Shown: piece after piece, positions 58,765 to 64,000 of the stretch
Layout of the letters: every line of letters starts with the position of its first letter
Position numbering within the stretch: position 1 is the first letter of the stretch
Source of the DNA: Candidatus Obscuribacteraceae bacterium
GTDB taxonomy: Bacteria; Cyanobacteriota; Vampirovibrionia; Obscuribacterales; Obscuribacteraceae
Length of the DNA stretch: 64,000 nt
Assembly: GCA_044226015.1 (NCBI GenBank)
Contig: JBGAHS010000004.1
Location: forward strand, 416,001-480,000
Direction: 5' to 3'
Program-made: the position numbers and the translations under genes
Notes under the pieces: model-generated
The model's database searches: none
Told to the model about the DNA's origin: nothing
What the model saw: the letters and a program-made list of their open reading frames with translations, nothing else

Positions 58765-59787
58765 TCAGGCTACGATTGTGTCCAAGGGGATTCGAACATT
58801 AATGGGAGAAACGTAATTGCGAAGTTCTTGCCTGCTGGCAGATTCTTTGTCGAGTATTTTGAAAATAAGATCATGCTTTTCCCATATGTCTTTTTGAATG
58901 GTTGACCAATAGAGAGCCAGATGCAATTGAAGGTATTTTCTACTTATGGTCTGCGCTATTCGTTTTATATTTTCGATGAAGTCAATTACAACCTTTTTGC
59001 TGCTCTCAGGCAGATTTATTGACGAACTATTTTTATTCTTCTTGGACAATCTAAATTGATGTCCCGCAAGTGACTGAATGATTCCCTTCATTTCAAGCGA
59101 AGTAAGGAGAAATAACAGGTCCGAAAAATCAAGCATAGTGGCATCAACCAATTCGTCTAAAGTTGAAAGTTCAACAGTCATTAGTTGATTGAGCAAAGAT
59201 TTCTCCATGTCACTAAGGGCAACGTCTTCCAATTCGTCGCATTCAGGTTTTGCAGAGGCGTCTTCTTTGTCTGTGTTTTTTTGTGCAGCATTAGACTCTT
59301 CCATCGTTGTTTGTTCAGCCCTTGGATGTTGTCTTGCAGGCGTTTCGGTGCTACGGCGAGCGAAGATTTCAGTGAACTCACTAGACGGCACCGTTGGCAG
59401 AATTTCCATCAGCTCTAGCAAATTCAGAGCAATTGTTTTCGCTATACGTTCGGCGGTGTCAGACGTTACTTCTAAATATTCAGCGAATTCACTACAGGAA
59501 AATCTAATACCCATTTGTAAGAACCAGAGTCCGGCGAACCATGCGCGTATTCGCCTGATTCGCTCTAAAAAGGTCCCGGCGAAGATCCAATTTTCTGAAC
59601 CACATGATGAGCATTTGCGAGTTCGGAAAGAATCTGTAGCTTTTAAATCTGTATTTCCACATGAAGAACAAGGTTTATTTTGATTCCAGCCTTTTTCAAA
59701 AAGATAATCAACTACACTCATTTCGTCAGGGAAACGTTTGTTGAATTCAGGAAACATGAGCACAAAGGCACTTGGCTCTCTATTCAT
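58765..59787 (-). CDS. IS1595-transposase-derived protein: Zn ribbon, HTH and DprA-like winged helix, no DDE core
   Basis: FPDE..CSSCG..CSSCG, AGTFL..WF, EFAEYLEVTSDTA HTH; LDELVDATML..LLTSLEMKGII..AGHQF wHTH; ISRKYLQLHL tail. Confidence 0.7.
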   Translation of the reverse strand: MNREPSAFVLMFPEFNKRFPDEMSVVDYLFEKGWNQNKPCSSCGNTDLKATDSFRTRKCSSCGSENWIFAGTFLERIRRIRAWFAGLWFLQMGIRFSCSEFAEYLEVTSDTAERIAKTIALNLLELMEILPTVPSSEFTEIFARRSTETPARQHPRAEQTTMEESNAAQKNTDKEDASAKPECDELEDVALSDMEKSLLNQLMTVELSTLDELVDATMLDFSDLLFLLTSLEMKGIIQSLAGHQFRLSKKNKNSSSINLPESSKKVVIDFIENIKRIAQTISRKYLQLHLALYWSTIQKDIWEKHDLIFKILDKESASRQELRNYVSPINVRIPLDTIVA

Positions 59788-59793
59788 GGAACC

Positions 59794-59837
59794 ACCTCAC
59801 AGGAATTGGCGTATATTCCTAATAACGTTGGTGAGGT
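59794..59837 (-). promoter_or_regulatory. RBS-sequestering hairpin upstream of the IS1595-like gene
   Basis: ACCTCAC (59794-59800) pairs with GTGAGGT (59831-59837) and AGGAAT with ATTCCT; the minus-strand RBS GAGGT lies in the stem. Confidence 0.55.
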
Positions 59838-59988
59838 CAAAAAAGTTCAATGAATAAGGTTAACTTCTTCTGGTATTTCTTGCTGACAACGAATCGTTCT
59901 CTTGTTTTTCACACGGTTGCTGCTTAGTCAATTTCGCCTGAATCTCATTCGGGAGTCTGGCTGCTGTGCATCCGAGTTCAATGTAGTT

Positions 59989-60032
59989 GAAAAGAAAAGA
60001 GCTTTCCCAATGGTGGAAGAAGCTCTTTTCTT
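59989..60032 (-). terminator. intrinsic terminator after tryptophanase, possibly bidirectional
   Basis: Arms AAGAAAAGAGCT / AGCTCTTTTCTT with T-rich tails. Confidence 0.7.
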
Positions 60033-60055
60033 AATAGATAAATCGATGTCTGAAA

Positions 60056-61429
60056 TCAGGCCAGGCAGGCTGCTTTGACTGTTTCAAACTTCGCTGTGAA
60101 GTGTCTTAGATGGGGCGCCTCTGACACAATCTTCATGCCGCAAACGGAATTGCGTCTTTCATACACGTTTCGTGCTGCTTCAATCACGTAATCGTAGTGG
60201 CTTTGAGAATAAACTCTTCTGGGCAATGCCAGTCGCACTAGGTCTTGCCTTGCAGGAGTTTGCAAACCGTCTTCGCGAGTTTTTCCGAACATCACGGTGC
60301 CGATTTCACAAGCTCGTATTCCTGCTTCGAGATAGAGTTCGCAAACGAGTGCTTGTCCGGGCAGTTCTGCCGGAGAGAGGTGTGGCAAGAATTCTCTTGC
60401 ATTCAGATAGATTGCGTGAAGACCCGGCGGTCTGACAATTGGAATATTGTTCAGAATGAGTCCATTTGCAAGATAACTTGCAGATGCATGACGGTAAGTC
60501 AGGTAGTCTTCATCCGTCGCTTCCCATAGTCCCGTAGCAATTGATTCTAAATCGCGTCCGGCAAGCCCACCATAAGTTGGGAAGCCCTCAGTAATAATCA
60601 ACGTGTTTTTCAGCTCTGCTGCAAGAGATTCGTCGCGAAGCGCGATGAATCCGCCCATGTTTGAGAGCCCATCTTTCTTTGCGGACATCAAGCAAGCATC
60701 TGCAAAGGAAAAAATGATTTTTGCAATAGAGCGAACGCTGCTGGTGTTCATTCCTTCTTCTCGAACCTTAATCAGAAACGCATTCTCTGCAAAGCGCGCC
60801 GCATCAATAATGAGTGGCTTATGGAATTTCTTTGCCAGGCTGCTAACCATGCTTATGTTTCTCATGGACACCGGTTGTCCACCAACTGCATTGTTTGTAA
60901 TCGTTAGCATAATAAAGGGCACTTTTGTGCTATCTTTCTCCAAAAGCTCTGTAAGTGCGTTGATGTCTATGTTTCCGCGAAACAACTCATCGTACTTATC
61001 AGTGGACGGAAGGTCTAAAGCTGTAGCTCCAAGAACCTCAATATTTGCTCTTGTGGTGTCGAAATGTGTGTTACTGGGAACGATATCGCCGGACTTCACA
61101 GTTTGTGCAAAGAAGATTCTCTCTGCTGCTCTACCCTGGTGAACAGGTATAACGTGCGGGAATCCGAAAATTTCTTGTATTGATTTTTCAAATTTGAAAA
61201 AGCTGCTGCACCCTGCGTAAGACTCATCTCCTATCATCATTCCTGCCCACTGCACGCTGGAAAGCGCAGAAGTGCCGCTGTCAGTCAGGAAATCGATTAT
61301 CGTGTCTTCTGCTTTTATTTGAAAGAGGTTGTATCCTGCGTCTTGAAGAAGTTCTTTTCGCTCTGTCTCAGTTGAAAATCTTATGGGCTCTACTACTTTT
61401 GTTCGAAAGGGTTCGATGATTGTTTTCAT
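60056..61429 (-). CDS. tnaA: tryptophanase (beta-eliminating lyase)
   Basis: IDFLTDSGT, GDESY, HQGR, HFDTT, GGQPVS, MSAKKD (PLP Lys), EGFPTYGG, LRHFTA; SAKKD, FPTY and His in RHF favour Trpase over tyrosine phenol-lyase. Confidence 0.82.
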   Translation of the reverse strand: MKTIIEPFRTKVVEPIRFSTETERKELLQDAGYNLFQIKAEDTIIDFLTDSGTSALSSVQWAGMMIGDESYAGCSSFFKFEKSIQEIFGFPHVIPVHQGRAAERIFFAQTVKSGDIVPSNTHFDTTRANIEVLGATALDLPSTDKYDELFRGNIDINALTELLEKDSTKVPFIMLTITNNAVGGQPVSMRNISMVSSLAKKFHKPLIIDAARFAENAFLIKVREEGMNTSSVRSIAKIIFSFADACLMSAKKDGLSNMGGFIALRDESLAAELKNTLIITEGFPTYGGLAGRDLESIATGLWEATDEDYLTYRHASASYLANGLILNNIPIVRPPGLHAIYLNAREFLPHLSPAELPGQALVCELYLEAGIRACEIGTVMFGKTREDGLQTPARQDLVRLALPRRVYSQSHYDYVIEAARNVYERRNSVCGMKIVSEAPHLRHFTAKFETVKAACLA

Positions 61430-61829
61430 TGGAAGGTCTCTCTAACAGGATTGATTGCTCTCTAAAGCAGAGAAGGCAAGTGCTCACCGGCACGCTCATA
61501 TTTTGCACTCTGGGTAAGTATCGCTTCTATCATCCTAAGGATTGATCCGCTTCAGTCCAGTAATGCATAAGGTGGACTACACGCAGCGGTTTATAACTTT
61601 AGAACTGGTGAGTGTTGAGATAAAATGGCTGCCTGCGTAGTTCTCTCGCTGCTATGCTTGGGGCGAAGAAATTCAGTGCGTTGCTTCGAATTAACGAATT
61701 TTAGATTGCCAAGCTTATGATCTCTTCAAATAACTGTGCTTCAAGTTTGATTTAGCATTCTACTTCCACGGACTTCGCAGTAAAACAAACAGAGCTGTGG
61801 AAATTATCTCAGCAATGGTGGCGGATTAT

Positions 61830-62447
61830 TTAGGCTGTTTGCAATCGCTCTAGATAGTAGTTTCGTACAGACACTGTTTGTGGATGAATGGGGCGAGCCG
61901 TCTCCATCAGGTGCAGTAGTCCCAAGTCTGTAGCTGTGACGATAGCTTTATTCACGTTGAATTCATTGTCGTAAGACAAAGCTGCCCAAATTGGCGCTGT
62001 ATAATCTGCCGGACGTGTGTCATCGAGGCAATCTGCAAGATAGAGTACTTCGGACAATTTGCACATCGGCACATTGCCTAAAGTGTGCTCGGCAACCGCC
62101 GCGAGAAGGTCATTGTTGGTTATGCCTAACTCTATTCTGGCGACAGCTGCAGCAACCGGTCCGTGTAACAAATGTCCATGCGCTTCTTCAATCGGTCCAA
62201 AAGGGACGGCCAGCTCTCTTGCTTTTGCAACCAGAACATCAGCTTTCCATTCTTTGCATGCATCATGAAGCCAGCCACCGAGGCGGGCTAAATACACATC
62301 GCAATCATGTCTTTCTGCGAGTTTTTGTGCTACTTTGACCACACCCTTGATGTGTTTCAATCGCTTTTGTGAAACCCTTGGCTCTAGCCATTGTTTGATA
62401 TAAGTTTCGTCTATTTGCGGCGGAATACCCTCGATTGAACTGGACAT
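61830..62447 (-). CDS. yqeK: HD-domain Ap4A hydrolase, YqeK-like
   Basis: RLKHIKGV, LHDACK, LLHGPVAA, EHTLG, LYLAD. Confidence 0.85.
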   Translation of the reverse strand: MSSSIEGIPPQIDETYIKQWLEPRVSQKRLKHIKGVVKVAQKLAERHDCDVYLARLGGWLHDACKEWKADVLVAKARELAVPFGPIEEAHGHLLHGPVAAAVARIELGITNNDLLAAVAEHTLGNVPMCKLSEVLYLADCLDDTRPADYTAPIWAALSYDNEFNVNKAIVTATDLGLLHLMETARPIHPQTVSVRNYYLERLQTA

Positions 62448-62552
62448 TCGGATTTCCTATATTTTGAATAACCGGCTCTGAATATAAATCAAATTTGCTT
62501 CTTCTTCAATGCGGTAGCGACTCGGCAGAAAGCATAGTTTCTTGCCAAGTGA

Positions 62553-64000
62553 CTAATTGCCGGCAAAGGCAGTCAGGCTTGGTTTTGTGTATTGTCTGTA
62601 ACTAACCCCACTGCGATTGAGTTGCGAGATAACTGCCGCTGTTTTTAGCATGTGAGAAACGAGTTTCTTGGCATGAGGCTTTTGGGAAGCCATCAGCGAA
62701 CTAATCGGCTCTACTCTGTCGAATGCTGCAGGTAGTGAAAATTCTGATTCGAACATCACTCTTCCATCACCCGTCCTACTGCTCACGAGATTTCTGTGAG
62801 GAATGGTTTGGGCTGGATTTATTTCACTGAAGTTATCTCTGAATGCGATTGTGCAGTGTCTTCCTGGGGCAATGGCAATACGTTTTCCGTTAACAGTTAT
62901 TTCGACTGCTCCACGATGGGCATCATCAAAATTGAAGACAGTGAGTCCGTTTGCATGCTCCATTACGAGAACAACCGAGCCTGCATCCACCTTAACGTTG
63001 CCAACCTGCGTTTTCACAACTAAGTCTTGCTTCGGGGCGAACAAAATGGAGTTTCCATTCATATGGAACGTGTTTGGAATTGTAACTTTGCTAACGCCAC
63101 CAGTGAGAAATTTAGCTGATGAATTCAGGTCTCGCGCGACACTTGCGCTTTGTTCATTGTTGAACCCGGCCGTATCTGATTCGAATTCAGTCAAAAAATC
63201 CGCGATGATATCGGTGGCAGTCTCTTGAGATTTTGTATTCTGTAGATTCTGATGAGCCCGAGCTGTCGGAACGTTTGAAGAGTTCATGCCGTTGTGTGCC
63301 TTAACGAAGTTTTGGGCTGCGCTTGCATTGTTTTGGTCAAATGCAGCTATGTTAGCGTGGACTACTTGAGCAGAATAGAAGGATGGCATCGCAATTGCGT
63401 AGCTAGCAACATTTTTGACGTTGCTGGATGAGCTCGCGTGCACTGTCGTGTTGAGCGAGCCATTAGTGGTGCTGGTTTCGGTGAAGCCGTTAGCTGTGCC
63501 GATGGCGCTTCCGTCAAAGTTCAGTCCGTTTTCGGTGACAGCTTCGGTTTGAATCTTACCGGAACTGATGAGAACGTCGCCGACCACTGGTGGGTCCGCC
63601 GTCACGATGGCGCCGCTATTCAGCGTTATTGCGCTAGCTTTTGCTTTGTTAGTACTGAAGATGACATTCTTGCCAATTGCGTTAACGTTAGCCACAGGAG
63701 TGCTTGTTGGTCCGGTGATACCATTTGTACCAAAGAAGATGTTGCCACCACCAGCCGTGGAAGTAACCACGTTAGTTGGTGTCGCGGATGTCGTTGGTGT
63801 TGTTGGAATTGGACCGACAACAATCTTCACGTCTTTGCCGCCGACTCCTAACGTCTGAACGGTAGAGTTGCTGCCAATGATGATTTTGCCAGCAGTGTTT
63901 GTATTGTTTAGAGTCAGAGCACCATTATTAGCAGTAATGGTGCTGCCAGGCGATGTTTGCAGTGTACCTGCTTTTGCTACGATGCTTATGTCACCGCTGA
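62553..64000 (-). CDS. 3' part of a large secreted beta-helix/adhesin-like protein (partial)
   Basis: Frame stays open beyond 63830 to the window edge (SGDISIVAKAGTLQTSPGSTITANNGALTL...); Thr/Asn/Gly-rich; C-terminal beta-sandwich-like domain. Confidence 0.75.
   Translation of the reverse strand, partial: SGDISIVAKAGTLQTSPGSTITANNGALTLNNTNTAGKIIIGSNSTVQTLGVGGKDVKIVVGPIPTTPTTSATPTNVVTSTAGGGNIFFGTNGITGPTSTPVANVNAIGKNVIFSTNKAKASAITLNSGAIVTADPPVVGDVLISSGKIQTEAVTENGLNFDGSAIGTANGFTETSTTNGSLNTTVHASSSSNVKNVASYAIAMPSFYSAQVVHANIAAFDQNNASAAQNFVKAHNGMNSSNVPTARAHQNLQNTKSQETATDIIADFLTEFESDTAGFNNEQSASVARDLNSSAKFLTGGVSKVTIPNTFHMNGNSILFAPKQDLVVKTQVGNVKVDAGSVVLVMEHANGLTVFNFDDAHRGAVEITVNGKRIAIAPGRHCTIAFRDNFSEINPAQTIPHRNLVSSRTGDGRVMFESEFSLPAAFDRVEPISSLMASQKPHAKKLVSHMLKTAAVISQLNRSGVSYRQYTKPSLTAFAGN

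Noticed and set aside
58400..60050. Complete active IS1595 element
   Set aside because: No DDE motif, and no terminal inverted repeats or target duplication found by eye.
60056..61429. Tyrosine phenol-lyase call
   Set aside because: SAKKD, EGFPTY and LRHFT match tryptophanase rather than TPL (SGKKD, EGMPSY, LRFFT); some uncertainty remains.

Overview
64 kb of bacterial chromosome (roughly mid-40s % GC by eye) with about 55 supportable CDSs. I found no rRNA, tRNA or CRISPR array. Cyanobacteria-like housekeeping genes (short SSB, stand-alone LON substrate-binding protein), no photosynthesis genes and many orphan proteins suggest a non-photosynthetic cyanobacterial relative such as Vampirovibrionia/Melainabacteria; this is inference only. 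Recognisable modules: galE; a five-gene SWIM-DUF5691-MoxR(YehL)-YehM-VWA(YehP) operon; an AttEFGH-like ABC/lipocalin cluster; a CPD photolyase; an SGNH plus MBOAT O-acylation pair; an ssb-sodium:solute symporter cluster; tryptophanase; YqeK; and the 3' end of a large secreted protein. Most unusual observations: (1) an IS1595-transposase-like protein whose DDE core appears replaced by a DprA-type winged helix, with an RBS-sequestering hairpin upstream and a 24-bp hairpin plus a perfect 40-bp palindrome downstream; (2) an operon encoding a translocon/pore-like protein and two tandem calpain-like proteases with a Cys-His-Asp triad; (3) several hydrolases and orphan proteins without Sec signals that share a short N-terminal helix motif, a possible export signal; (4) a prolyl oligopeptidase lacking about 100 aa of its propeller; (5) a 59-aa, 59% acidic ORF missed by the ORF track, next to a gene with a protamine-like basic tract; (6) tandem echoes of gene 3' ends. 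All domain calls come from motif recognition by eye; no searches were run.
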